The notes below the pieces were generated by a model. It worked only from the letters and a program-made list of their open reading frames with translations. It searched no databases and had not been told where the DNA came from. Of a stretch of 64,000 bases of DNA, positions 11,561 through 23,984 are shown one piece after another; position 1 is the first letter of the stretch, and the number at the start of each line of letters is the position of its first letter. Source of the stretch: Sphagnum compactum (taxonomy: Eukaryota); NCBI GenBank assembly GCA_965153455.1, contig OZ234493.1, positions 32,726,213 to 32,790,212 on the forward strand. The letters are read 5' to 3'. The translations under genes and the position numbers were made by a program.

Positions 11561-12271
11561 GATGTGTGAATATTATTTCAAAGTGCAAAAGAGGAGAAAA
11601 GTGTGAATATTTTTTCAAAAGTGCAAAAAAGGAGAAAAAAAAAAAGAAAACAATCAAATGAAAAAGAAAAACAAACCAAAGAAAAAACCTAAAATGAAAA
11701 AGAGGAAAAGAAGAAATAGGAGAGCACTACAAAGTTAGGGCACTCAGATTTCAACAAAAAAATAAATTAACCAGATTTTTTTTTATTATAAAAATGCATG
11801 TGGCTCATCCTTTGGTCCAAATTTGGGTTTACACGTTTACACATTGGGCCATGGCCCATGAGTTCTCTCTTGGTCTCATCCAATAAGGGGGTATCAATAG
11901 GTAGCTTCTTTGGGCCCCCGCCCATGGTCTCTAGTGTAAACAGGGCCTAAGGTGGAACCAGATATTAACTCAGCCTAGGTTCATCCACAGCGAGTCATTA
12001 CGGGCATCCAGCGCAGGGGGTGCTGATTTAGTCTGGTCGAGGTTTTAGGTTTGGGGAGCTTTTAGGGTTGGGGCGATGGGGGTAGAGAGAGAGACAGAGA
12101 GACAGGGAGAAGAGGAGGGTTTAGAGGTCGGGAGCTTTTAGTTGTTGGGCGATGGGGTAGAGAGAGACTGGGAGAAGACGAGTAGTGCATCCGCAGAGAC
12201 GGACGCGCAGAGCTCGTCCGGCCTTTTGCTGCCACAAAGGGGACCAGCAAGGGCAGTAGAGGTGGAGAGGC

Positions 12272-14793
12272 ATGAAGTTGGTGGCAGGTTCATACGAGAG
12301 GTTTTTGTGGGGGTGGGAAGTGAAGGAGAAGAAGAAGCAGTTGGAGTGGGCATTCTCCTACCCGGCGCATCTGGGAGCCATCAAGTGTATCGCGTCGTGC
12401 GGCTCCGTGGTGGCCACAGGGGGAGCTGATGATACCATTAAGGTATTTGACCTCAATGCGCAGAAAGATATGGGGTCGCTGTACAAGCATGAGGGAGCCG
12501 TGACTTGCCTCCAATTCCACGGGCCCAGAGGAGCCGGTGGTGCTCCAGTTAGCAATCACCCAACACATCTCTTAAGTGGCTCCGAGGATGGTTCCATTTT
12601 CATCTGGGATACCGATTCTTGGATCCATCTCAAGACGATGCGGAGCAAGAAGGACTCTAAGGGTGCCGTCAATGACCTGTCCGTCCATCCCACGGGGATG
12701 ATGGCTTTGTCGGTAGACAGAGACAGGCACTTGAAGATGTGGAATCTGATGAGCGGCAGGTGCAGCTTTACTTTGAAGCTGCGGTCTGAAGCCTCCATTG
12801 TCAAGTTTGCGCCACAGGATGGGGGTTCTTACTCCATGGTGAGAGACGCAGTCGTAGAGGTTCGAGATGCAGAAAGCGGCACTGTTCTTCATCCTCTAGA
12901 GCATGAAAAACGTGTTCTCTGTCTTGCTCAACAACTGGTAAGCCATCTCTTGCTTCTTCCTTCTTCCCCGTCTTCCCTCACCCTTCCCTACATGGTATCC
13001 TTCTTTTCAGGGTTTAGGGTTTTGTGGCATTCTTCAAGTGGAACTTTGAATATTCTTTCAGACACAGACAAAAAAAGGTTTGATGACCTTCTGTCTGTGA
13101 TCACAGCATTCCTGCATGCAACCCTCCTATGTGGCAATTTCCCTTCCACTCACTTGTTTCTAGTTCTGCTCATCCTTCCCTACATGGTGTCCTTTTTTTC
13201 AGGGTTTAGGGTTTAGTGGTAGAATTTCCAGAATTCTCCAAGTGGGAAGTTTGAATATTCTTTCAGACTCATGCAAAAAAGGTTTGATGACCTCCTGTCT
13301 GTGATCACAGCATGCCTGCATGTAACCCTGGGGCAATTTCCCTTCCACTTGCTTGTCTCTAGTTCTGCATATGCCCACATTTAGTGGACAGGTCTTCAAA
13401 AGGAGTGGGTCTGAAAAGTCATGACAAGTATTCAGATGCTTTGGGGAATTGTTAGCTTGTGCCCTGCTCAGATTCAGCTCTGGAGTCATTGTCCTTGGCC
13501 ACATAAAACCCTCTCTTTAATCCAGTAGTTCTGCCTCTGCACCTGTATTGATGCAGAGTGTGGTTTGATCAGTTTTAGGGGTTTTCCAGCCGAAAGACAT
13601 TTTGTTCTCCATAGAACTTAGTCAGGGGTCTGTTTTTGTGGAGCCAGGAAGCTTATCACTCATGTAAACTTCACCAAGAAAAATGGGTCTGACACTAGTG
13701 AGTGACTTTTGGGGTGTGTTTCTTTCTCAGGACCACTTATTGATTACAGGTGGCGAGGACTCAGTAGTGAGGGCATGGGACACACGCACAGGAAAGCAGG
13801 CATGGTCCATTGCAAATGCTCACACAAACAGGATTCGTGGTCTTGCAATTGTGGGATCCAATTTGGGGTCAGATGAGCACTCTAGCGGGTTGTATGATTT
13901 GATATCTTCAGCCTCATCAGATGGGATGGTGCGGGTGTGGGATTCTCGCATGGTGGACACACCAACTCCTGCCCCAATTATGGAAGCTGAGACAAAAGCA
14001 CGCCTCACTTGCCTTGTGAGCTGTGGGGTTTCCAGGAGTATGTCACACTGTCCCTGTCCAAGCAACTGAGGAAGTTTTGAAGTTTTTCACATGTCACATG
14101 AGCTGTCCCCAGATCTTAGTGTAATTGCACACTGTTAGTCCTGAAGACAAACTTTCATGATGAACCATACCACAAGACTATGCTTACAGATGGGTTTCTA
14201 CATTGATTATGAATAATCACACAATCTGCATGAAAATGACTGTCTGCATTTGTCTTCATTTTGGGACTAGTTGTTGGTGTCTCAACACCAAATCAAATCT
14301 GCCGATAGGAGAAATGCAAAAGGTGGGAGGTATGTCTTTATTAGAGTGTTTCTGATGGTAAAATGATGTTTTCATCTCAGAATCTCAACTATCTCCAACC
14401 AAGACACTTGAAGAAAAGCTAGGTGTTGGAGAAGAGAAGCTGTCAACTGCAGATATCAAACTTGGATCCAAGCCAAAAAGGAAGAAGAAAGTCAAGCCAT
14501 CAGGGGATGATGACAGCCATCTCAAAAAAGTTGCAGACGGACGACCTCCAAAACGAGCCAAGCTCAATGTCCAAGGAAAGGCAAGGGGGTTTTCACAGTT
14601 GCTGACAAAGAGTCAAGGGATGAAGAGGAAAGCTTCACGCATACCGGAACGTTTAAATGCAAGTGACAAGGATGATTTAAAACGGCAGAAACCAACATTA
14701 AAACAAAGTCCTGGAACTGAAGTGAGGAAGTCATCAGGTGGAGGAAAAGGAGTCAACACTGAGGGGAAAAAAAGGAGGAAAGTACGGAAATGA
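12272..14793 (+). CDS. WD40-repeat protein, PAK1IP1/Mak11-like (60S ribosome biogenesis)
   Basis: N-terminal MKLVAGSYERFLWG motif, WD40 repeats (ATGGADDTIKVFD, LSGSEDGSIFIWD, ITGGEDSVVRAWD, SASSDGMVRVWD), ETKARLTCL, and a Lys-rich tail. Phase-consistent GT-AG exons: 12272-12937, 13731-14037, 14381-14793. Confidence 0.88.
12982..13368. repeat. Tandem duplication (~192 bp x2) in WD40 intron 1
   Basis: CCTTCCCTACATGGT.TCC...CAGGGTTTAGGGTTT...TCTGTGATCACAGCAT...TCTAGTTCTGC occurs at 12982 and again at 13174. Confidence 0.85.
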
Positions 14794-15943
14794 GGTGCAA
14801 TCACAGAGTACATATGGAGTAGTGCTGAAGTTAAGTACAATGACCCTGTGGTCTTCATAGGACACAAGTGATTTAGGTCAGCTTCTTTTCATTTTTGTTC
14901 ACAAGGATAGCATTTTGTCATTGATCGGACATGCTGCAGTTCATCAAATCTACTCCATTGAATGTAGTCTGGTCAAAGAGTGATGAATACTTAATGTCAA
15001 CAGCCTTTTCTGAAGCAAAAGTCAGATCAAGGAGCATTGTTCTAGGCATGGTCGGAACATTGGAGCAGGTTTGGTTGTACAAAGTAGGCCCTTCCTGTAT
15101 AAATCTTAGCATCCTTGTAGCACACAACTTTATGAAAAAGGCATAGGTTATAAGTGGGACACCTAGTGGTTGAGAGACTTACAAGTTTTCTCCAGTGGTG
15201 TCACAAGAGAGCTTGTCAAGTTGGAGAAACAAGTGATTTAAGAAATTCAGCTCAGCATTTTGGAGGGCTGTGTGGTATTGGAATGGAGCAATGATTCAGA
15301 TTCAGATGAAAGCTTTCAACAGACAGGGAGCTTAGGCATTGACTAATATTTAAGCAGACTTAGTTCATGCCTAACATTTTCTTGGGTGGAAAGGATTTTG
15401 ACTGTCCAAATGTACACACATGGACCAACAATTTTTTGTAAGCATTCTCTGCATGTAGTGCATGGAAGAAAATCTCTGCTAATGTTCATCTTTCCTGCAT
15501 ACTTGATGACCTTATAATCAAAAACCATAAAGCAAAATTACTGACCAACAAGCAACTCGTTGCCTAATTGCTTTGCCCCTTCATTATGACAAGGTCAGAA
15601 AATGTCAAAAGAAAATGTTTGATCTTGTTCTCAAAAAATGAACTCACAGTTCACAGTAACACCAGGTGAACAGTTTTCAAAATGTGGTGCCAAAGAAACT
15701 TTGCATTGTTCTGTAGTCTCTCTTGACAAGCAGAGCCAACAAAAGGAGAGGTTCAGCCTATCATTTTACTGAGAGGATTCATGGATGTGGAAAGCCAAAG
15801 AGACTGACACATGATGCAGTAGGTGTACATAAGTATCAGCACCTGAAAACCAATGAAGTTTTTTCTAGGGTATACAGAGGATCGCTTATGAAACACAAGA
15901 AGCTGGTGCGCTTTATTTTCCCATGATAACTGTGCAGGCATTA

Positions 15944-16130
15944 GGGTCTTCATAAAGCCCACTGTCTTTTTTCCCATGATACCTGGCAGGTCTCATGAGA
16001 AAAAAAACCACAGTAGGCTTTACACAGTGTAAAGCCCATGGACTGAAGCTTTATGGAAATTGGGGACTCCCTTGATTCCTACCTCAGGGTCCCTAATTTC
16101 TGGTAAAAGCCATAGCCTACAAGAAAACCC
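15944..16130. mobile_element. Tourist-like MITE (187 bp) with several internal hairpins
   Basis: TTA on both flanks (15941-15943, 16131-16133). Short TIRs GGGTCTTC / GAAAACCC. Internal inverted repeats at 15953-16023, 16016-16036 and 16056-16100. Confidence 0.55.
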
Positions 16131-16368
16131 TTAACAGGTTCAACCCTAAAACTGGACTGTGTTTCTTGTTACATGCGTGGGAAAGAAATAAGCTACGGAT
16201 GCATGGGTTGCATGATCATGGATCTCGTGGGTGGAGACGATGATGATAATGATGGTGGTGTGCCAAGATCCGCTCGCACAAGATTCCGGAACAATCCCCT
16301 GTTGAAGGAATTTTTAATTCTTGGCAGGTTTGCGGATCTTGCAGTGGTAATTGTTGTGGAGAATAGCA

Positions 16369-19300
16369 ATGATTCTAGCGTGGAGAGACAGTTTCAAGGT
16401 GGAGATCATGGGTATAACCCTGTTAGAGGTTTTGTCTACTGCTGGGAGTAGTCTTCAAGAGAGGAGTTGCAAAACTCATGGCCGCATTGCTACCCAAGAA
16501 GGAGCTGGAGCTGGGAAGCCTGGTAGACAGAAGAGAATCACGAGCTCAATGGTCAGAGATGATCATTCAACGGAGATTAGAGAAAAATCAGACCGTACCA
16601 GGAGCTCCAAGGCCTTTACAGCAACGGTGCCGCGTTCTGTACATGCATCATGTGCAGCGTATTGTAGCGTAGTAGTGATCATCCTGTTGCTTCTTCATTT
16701 CACATGCTTCGCAACATTGGACACGGCACTACTTTCATCCCGCACCCATGATGATATCTCTATTCCTTCTGAATCTCTGCGTCCCCAGCGAGTTGTAGGT
16801 TCATCTCCAGTCGTTTCTAGACACCAAGAGTTCAACAGAAAAACACTCATGCCTTTGGTTTCCTTGGAGAAGCCAGCAGCTGCTGCTTCTCAAGAACTTG
16901 TTCAGTCCAGTACTGGCACAGGAGGAAGAGCAGAAGACTACGATCACATGATCTGCAGAGGGAAACACATCTATATACACAATCTACCACCTGAGTTCAA
17001 CTCCAATCTCGTTGCAAGATGTCGATACGGCATCACCAGCCGGCTCAACTTCTGTCCGCAGACAAGCAACCACGGCCTTGGTTTGAATTTGAACTCCAAG
17101 AAACAACGTCCTCGCAACATTTCTGGTTCGTCGATTGCTGTTGCTGCTGTGGACGACGCTTTCAGACATGGGTGGTACCAGACAGATCCCTACATGTTGG
17201 AGTTTATCTTCCATTCTCGCTTGCAAAGCTACCCCTGTCGAACGTCCAATGCTTCCATGGCGGATGCCTTCTTCATTCCTTACTATGCAAGATTGAATGC
17301 CCTTCGGTACTCGTACAATACGACGGTACGTAAATGTTTGCCTTTGCACTCAAAAATGTTCCCCTTTTCTCATTTGAAACGCGCAAACGAATGCGTCCAG
17401 GAAAAGAAAGGACAGCGCAAAAGTGTCACTGTGGCTACATCACAAAATTGAAAAAAAACAAAACAAAAAAACAGAGAGAGAATCCCCTGCGCCTGCATCC
17501 CTCACCTCTCCCATGCACATCTGTGTCGCTCGCTCGTCATAGTGAACCTTCGCGTATGATCTATTGACATCGCTGCCAGTGCGGGCGGGGAGCTTGAACA
17601 GGAACAGGCTGAGACACATGGCAAAAAGCTGGTGGAATGGTTGAAAGAGAACGCCGGAGACGAGTGGAGGCGCAACGGAGGCTGCGATCATTTCATGGTT
17701 CTCGGAAGAACATCGTGGGATTTTGATGTAGTGAGCGATGGCGTTGTTGAATCCTGGGGCACGGGGATGCTTTCTTTGGCCCACATGAAGAATGTGACTA
17801 CTGTTTTGCTGGAGAGAAATCCATGGCTGGAGAATGAGCAAGCCGTGCCGTATCCCACCTCGTTCCATCCTTCTTCTGTCCTTGAGCTGTACCGCTGGTT
17901 GGCCAAGGTCCGCAGCGTGGAACGAAGGTCTTTGTTTGCATTTGCAGGTGAAGCTTTTGAACCCTAAACCCACACATTATTTGTTGTTCTAACTTTCCTC
18001 TCAAAGTCTTCCCTCTTTGCAAGCCTGGTCTCTCCTTACTGCAAACCACTCTTGTACCAGACCAACGAAATCTGAGAATCTCTCAACCATTTGCAGCGAT
18101 AATTGTGGTGCTTCAGTAGCTTGGAAATGGGCCCTCAATCCACTGCTCTACCCTCCACCCTGTTTAGAGTTTAGGGTGTTGTTTTTTTCAGAGAAAAATG
18201 CAATGCTGTCTAAGATCTGAAAGTAACAGTTTAGCTTGAGATTGCATCATCTGATAACAAGGGGTGTGTCGCACGATGGCCTTGTCATTTACATTAAAAA
18301 ATATCTTAAGGCAAAAGAAGAATTATGGAAACTCAAATAATTCACCATGCAAAAATATAATCTTCAAAAAAATCCTCTAAAAGAAACCAAAATCCTTCAA
18401 GATATTGGTTTCTTTAAGCTACTATACTCTATAATGAATCTAAACACAATATCCTTGCCTTGGTAGGCAAGGCCAATAAACCCCTTAGTGATTTTGCAGG
18501 GAGAAGAAAGGGTGTGAGAGTGCTGACAGAAATATGACAGTAGGGCTGCACTTCTGCAACCAAAAATAATTAAGCCGTGCAGCTATCCAACTCTTGATCA
18601 TTGCAGTAACTCTCTGGTTCTATTGAAAATTTGATGAAGTTGATCATCTGCAGGAGTAGTGTTATATGAGAGTCCTGGCCATACATTTTGACAGTTCTCT
18701 TCTTTATTATTACCATCATGAAAGTCGGATGGTCTTTGTTGCCAGCTCTTTTTCAAATGCTTATGCAACTTTCGTTGAAGACCTAAGGCTTGTTGTCCTT
18801 TCTCTTTGCAGGTGCAACACGAGCTCATCTGAAAGACAGTATACGTAGCAGGTTGCTGCAGCAGTGCTCTGAATCAGTGGCCTGTAGCTTGATCAATTGT
18901 CACCAGCTCCAGTGCAGCAACCACAATCCAAAACCCGTCATGAATGTCTTCTTGCGATCCAAGTTTTGTCTTCAACCCAGGGGCAATATTCCCACAAGCC
19001 GCTTGACCTTTGATGGCATGATTGCTGGTTGCATTCCAGTGTTCTTCCATGAGCACTCTGCATACACACAATATACTTTGCATTTCCCATCTGATAGAAA
19101 AAGGTAAACAGAAATGAATCTTCTCTTCTTGTGCAGTTTACTTCTAAGCTGTCTGGCTTTCCTTGCCTGCAAATTATAATGCACTTGGTTTGGCATGATA
19201 TGTGTGTGTGGCAGTTACAGAGCTTTTTCATCTTTGATGGGTTAACTGTGGGCAGAGAGAATATGAAGACATAAGTGAGAAGACTGAAATCTTTGTATAT

Positions 19301-19615
19301 CTACAAATGATGTGCAGCTACTCTGTGTACATTTCTGAGGAGCAGATCACATTGGGAACATCCATAGAAGCTGAGCTTCTCAAATTCTCAGAGGATAAAA
19401 TTGAACAGATGCGTGAAACCATAGTTTCTTTCATTCCCAAACTGCTCTATGCAAGGCATTCACATGCAGCAGGATTTCAAAATGTGCAGGGAGATGCATT
19501 TGACACAACTATAGAAGGAGTTCTTCAGAAAGTCACAAGATACAAGGAACAATTGAAGCTGTCATCATATGCAGGAACAGGAAGTTCCAAGTGTATTTCA
19601 AGATTAACCCAATAA
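16369..19615 (+). CDS. GT47/exostosin-family glycosyltransferase, xyloglucan galactosyl/galacturonosyl-transferase (MUR3/XLT2/XUT1) clade-like
   Basis: Type II TM anchor (VVVIILLLLHFTCF) and motifs CRGKHIYIHNLPPEFN, WYQTDPYMLEFIFHSRL, ADAFFIPYY, DHFMVLGRTSWDF, AVPYPTSFHP, SKFCLQP, AGCIPVFF. Likely exons: ~16369-17325, ~17602-17947, 18812-19103, 19318-19615. Start codon and exon-2 acceptor are uncertain. Confidence 0.85.
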
Positions 19616-20301
19616 ATGTCATCTGCGTCATGAGATGGGTTGTATCAAATGCCAATTGGTGCAGGACATATCACCACCCAATCTCAATATTCAACAGATC
19701 TTAAGGTAAAAACATGGCTTGTCCCTAGAACAGTGCAGTTTTGAAACAGATTCCACCTATGTGAGAGAAAATTGAAATTCGTCAACAAGCTCATTCCAGG
19801 AGCAGCCTAGCCCCCAACAACACATCTGAAATCAACTGAGTGGAAAACAACGACACCTCATTTGGACCTCAGAATTTGCATTCATAAAAATACTGCAGCC
19901 AAAAATGCTCAGCTCAGGGCAAGCCTGAGGCAAGATGATCCAGCTCTGCTTTCTTTTTACAGTTAAGGTTAACACAATCTACAAGGTCAGGAAGTGCTTT
20001 AAGAACTAAAGTTGGGAACAAATGAGTTGGACCAACTCAAACCAGACATTAAGAATTATACCACCATGTTGATAATGCTCCCAACCTGGACATCAATCCT
20101 CCTGATCCCTCAAACCATGCCATGTACACATTGTTGTGTACAATACTTCCCCCCTCCTTACAATCCTCAGCTCTACAAACAGAGCTTGAATGTGATACCT
20201 TAGTCTCAGGGTGGATCAAATGAGAGGGACGTTACAATCACTTGCAGTATGTGATTGTTTTCACCAAGACACATACATCCTTTACCAGGAATATCTGGCA
20301 T

Positions 20302-23300
20302 CTAGAGTGCCAGCTTATGACCCAGATGTGGAGACAAATGTACCACTTCCCCCTCTGGAGTCCCAAAGGTCAATCTTGAACATCTTTGGAAATTCCGTTG
20401 TTGCATACAGAGAAGATATGCAATTCCTGTTGTCCACAGCTGGTGAACTGCTGCATTCTTGCACTCAAATTCCATGGCCCCATTACTTGTTTTAAGTGCA
20501 AAGTAGCGGTGCTCCTTGCTGTTCTCCAGCAGACTTCTACCTGGCCAGCCCGGTATGTCTGGATTTACTTGTAATAACATACCTGCAGCAAGCAGCTCTT
20601 CTGAGTGTCTGACAATAATACTACATGCATCTTGTTTTTAAGCACCATACCCCATAAAGCATAACCAAGTCTCGGAGCAGAAGAATTACTGCTGATATCT
20701 ATATCTCATACAGCAATAATTCTCAACAGAGGCTTACTTTTCTTGTTTTTCTTATAAACGCCACCCATGTGCTTGCTTTGTACCTTCACTGTCACCTGAT
20801 AGGCCCCAATACCATATAAGAGAGTGCGTCCATACTATTTCCATCTATAACCCCTGGTGTCACCAAGCTAAACTTCATGCTGTTGTAACATAGAGGGAAT
20901 CAAAAAACAGGGACCAAAAATCCCAAGACTAACTGTAAACGAATCTGCTGTGGAGGGATGTGATTGACAAACACACTCATCTACTGTTCCACCCAGATGC
21001 ATGATCTGATCATGGCTCATCAATTGGAGGGACAGAGCTTTATCAGTGACATGATCTCAGAGAGGACAGGAGTGGTCCAGATAGATTTGCACTCAGGAGC
21101 TAACACGTTTTGTCAGTCTTGTTGTGAAGACTATAGGACTTCAATGCCAAGAGCAAAGATCCCCTTTACCACCAGAGCAAAAACAAATAAAATGTGAAAG
21201 AAATTTACCTGGCCTAGTTTGTTGAGGTATACAAATAAAACTCTCCACTGCAATTCTCCTGGTCACATACAAACCAAGGGCTCCATCAGACTCTACATTT
21301 CATATACAATACACATAGATTCGAAGAAAATGCCTATGTCCAGTTGACCACAGACTTAGAACAAACTTGTCACCAAGATCTCTGAAATGAGGGTCTTTTC
21401 TGAAAAGCAACTCCCTTACCTTTTTTTGAGCGTTTGAGAAACTCTGCACCCCGTGCCAGACGTTCTTGACAGCTCACCTCTGCTTCAACACCTTCTTCTA
21501 TCAGCTCACCGCTAAAGCTAATAGATTGACAACTAGATCCCTGATCATAGGGTGTCACTGCTGCAAGGCTACAGGCATCCTTTGTTGTCCTTGCCTTGAG
21601 GGTCGTTGCACCTCTCAGTGCTGCAAGCAAAGAAATTACAGAGTCAATTCTGGCAGGAAAGAACAACACCATTTGAACCGACTTATCAAATAGATGTCAC
21701 AGAATCCAATAGAGGCAAACAAACTCAATATAGTGGCAGGAATACATTGAAGACAGAACACCACTATGACAATTTCAATAAGAGGTCAAAATCAGTTGAT
21801 GAGACACTCACCAGTGGCAGCTGCAGCTGTCAGAGTCATGATATCCCCACCAGTCCGCACATTGACAGCAGAGCTAACAATAGCAGCCAGATGCTCACGG
21901 TTTGCACCCATACTCTCTGCTACCTTCACACATTGAGCAGCAACCAAAGCAGCAGCTGAAGCCACTGCCATGGATGTCTTGGACAAAGAATCCTCTGAGG
22001 AAGATGCTGCTGTTGCAGCAGTAACCGCAGCAATTGCTGCTGCCACACCTGCAACTGTAACAGCTGCATGTATTTGTGCATTTTGAGAGCGATTTGCTTC
22101 TTTCCTCTTCTCTTTCAGGTCTTTGATCCAGCACCCCATTGAGTTTCCCCTTAATGGTCTCTGGACCATGCTGAAGCTTCTCCAGAACTAGAAGAAATTC
22201 CATTCCAAACCCCAGACACAAGTTTATCAGACATAGAACACACCAATCATGTTAATCAGGTTCCTGAATCAGCATACTCCTGAGTTCTTGCACTTCTGTA
22301 GAAGTTCAAAATGAGTCTTCCTAATCAGCTCCTATGCAGATCAAATCACACAAAATGTTTCAGATGAAAGCACACGACAAGAGAACAACCGATAGATGCT
22401 AAGTATGCATGCCCCCCCAATCTACCATTTGTTGACTAATCAACATGGACAGTTGGTGATAGTGGAAATCCCGCTAACAATTCTAGGGTTTTCTCTGACT
22501 TGGCAGCAACACTACTATCAGAAGAGCACACTGAGATGGGTCCACTGCTGTAACCTAATGCTCCTGATGCCACAACCGTATTCTCACATACTCTGATAGA
22601 TATGGACAGTCAGTGATAGTGGAAATCCTGGAAAGAATTCTAGGGTTTTCTCTGAGTGGGCTGCAACACCACCACTATCAGAAGAGAGCACCGAGATGGG
22701 CCCGCAACTGTAACCTAATGCTCCTAATGCCACAACCATCTTCTCACATATACTGATAGATAAGGACAGTCAGTTATAGCGGAAATCCTGCAAACAATTC
22801 TAGGGTTTCTCTGACTCGGCAGCACCACTACTATCAGAAGAGAGCACTGAGAGGGGTCCACTGCTGTAACCTAATTCTTGTAATGCCACAACCATCTTCT
22901 CACATACACTGATAGATCTCTTCACAACAATCCCAATTTTCCTTAGTCCTTTGTCAATTGGTTGTCATGAGAATCTGTGAAGCAAAATGATCAGCTAGAT
23001 AATGAGAAAGGAAAAGGATCAGGGGCAAAATCAGAAGAAGTTACATACCCTGTAGTTTTCCATAGGGTGAGGAGAATGGGGAGGGCTGGCCAAACCCAGT
23101 GGTCCACTGCTGTGCGAATTTCTCCGTGAAGTGACTGGAGAAAGCTCCTGCTACCACCGCAGAGCATATACCCCCAAATCACACACCTGTGTCCCAGAAT
23201 CAGACCCAAGGACGAAGAAGACTGCCATGCACGCTTGGCACATGCAAACGGAAAAATGCACCTAAACCCTAAACCCTAAACTCCTCTGCACCAAAGATTG

Positions 23301-23805
23301 TCTTCTTGTGAGAAGAAGAAGGGTGGTGGAAACTTACAGCTCCAGGAGTCATGATGCGCTCCAACACTAACTGGGAAGTGATAGAGGAAGCGAATGGTAC
23401 AGTTTGGAGAATAGGCTCATCAGCTTCGATAGCAGTCGTCCTCACACGGTGCTCCTGCTGATCACCTCCTCCTGTAAGCTGGGTTTTGGAAGCACGAGCT
23501 CGAGCTATATCTAGAGACGAGATGCTCCATGAGCGAGACAAAAACTCCATGGGCTCTTGAGGAGTTTCTGGAGCTGGATAACATGGCAACAACATGGGGC
23601 AATCCTCCTCTATGTTCTCCAAAACCGGCTGCTGCTGCTGCTGCTGCTGCTGCGAGAGCAGGAGGCTCTTCTCTCTCAATCCAGATCCAGGTTCCAGCAA
23701 CAGATACAGCTGCTGCTCCCTACTCCTCCTACTCCTCTCCTCCTGCTGCATAACTGGCATAACAGAATACGAACCATGTGTGCTACTCCTGCTTATACTT
23801 CCCAT
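20302..23805 (-). CDS. FORKED1/VAN3-binding-like protein (DUF828 auxin-canalisation domain + plant PH-like domain)
   Basis: Motifs [97 protein letters not shown]...LWTTGI. GT-AG exons: 23805-23338, 23147-23049, 22187-21812, 21620-21420, 21258-21209, 20795-20738, 20582-20302. Confidence 0.9.
22447..22915. repeat. Intronic tandem repeat, ~157 bp x3
   Basis: Unit GGACAGT...GGAAATCC...ATTCTAGGGTTT...CTATCAGAAGAG...CTGTAACCTAAT...ATGCCACAACC...TTCTCACATA..CTGATAGAT starts at ~22447, ~22603 and ~22763. Confidence 0.9.
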
Positions 23806-23984
23806 TGTTTCCTTGTGATCTCCCCTCCTTCTCCCCTGTAGTCACAAGAAATCCTTCGGTGGGAGACTGTAATGAAAACGTGGGAAGAAGTCCCATATTA
23901 AGCGCAAGTGATGAATCCTTTGAGTGAAATTATTATCATCTAAAATACTAATGTACCAAAACCCTTCGAACTATCTAATAAGTA

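Larger units (their letters stand above)
8165..11947. mobile_element. PIF/Harbinger DNA transposon, full length but decayed
   Basis: TAA on both flanks (8162-8164, 11948-11950). Imperfect ~26-bp TIRs: AGGTTTGGTTACACTAAAGACCATGG vs CCATGGTCTCTAGTGTAAACAGGGCC. Contains a Harbinger nuclease remnant on - and a second, convergent decayed ORF on +. Confidence 0.85.

Noticed and set aside
12938-13216. Hydrophobic C-terminal extension of the 314-aa WD40 ORF
   Set aside because: Read-through into intron 1 (GTAAGC donor at 12938). The WD40 repeats continue in the exon at 13731.
14978-15015. C/D-box snoRNA-like GTGATGA...CTGA (also ~35817 and ~14157)
   Set aside because: Box spacing is implausible and there is no terminal stem or recognisable rRNA guide.
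17990-18015. Weak resemblance to miR477 (TTCCTCTCAAAGTCTTCC)
   Set aside because: Several mismatches and no complementary hairpin arm nearby.
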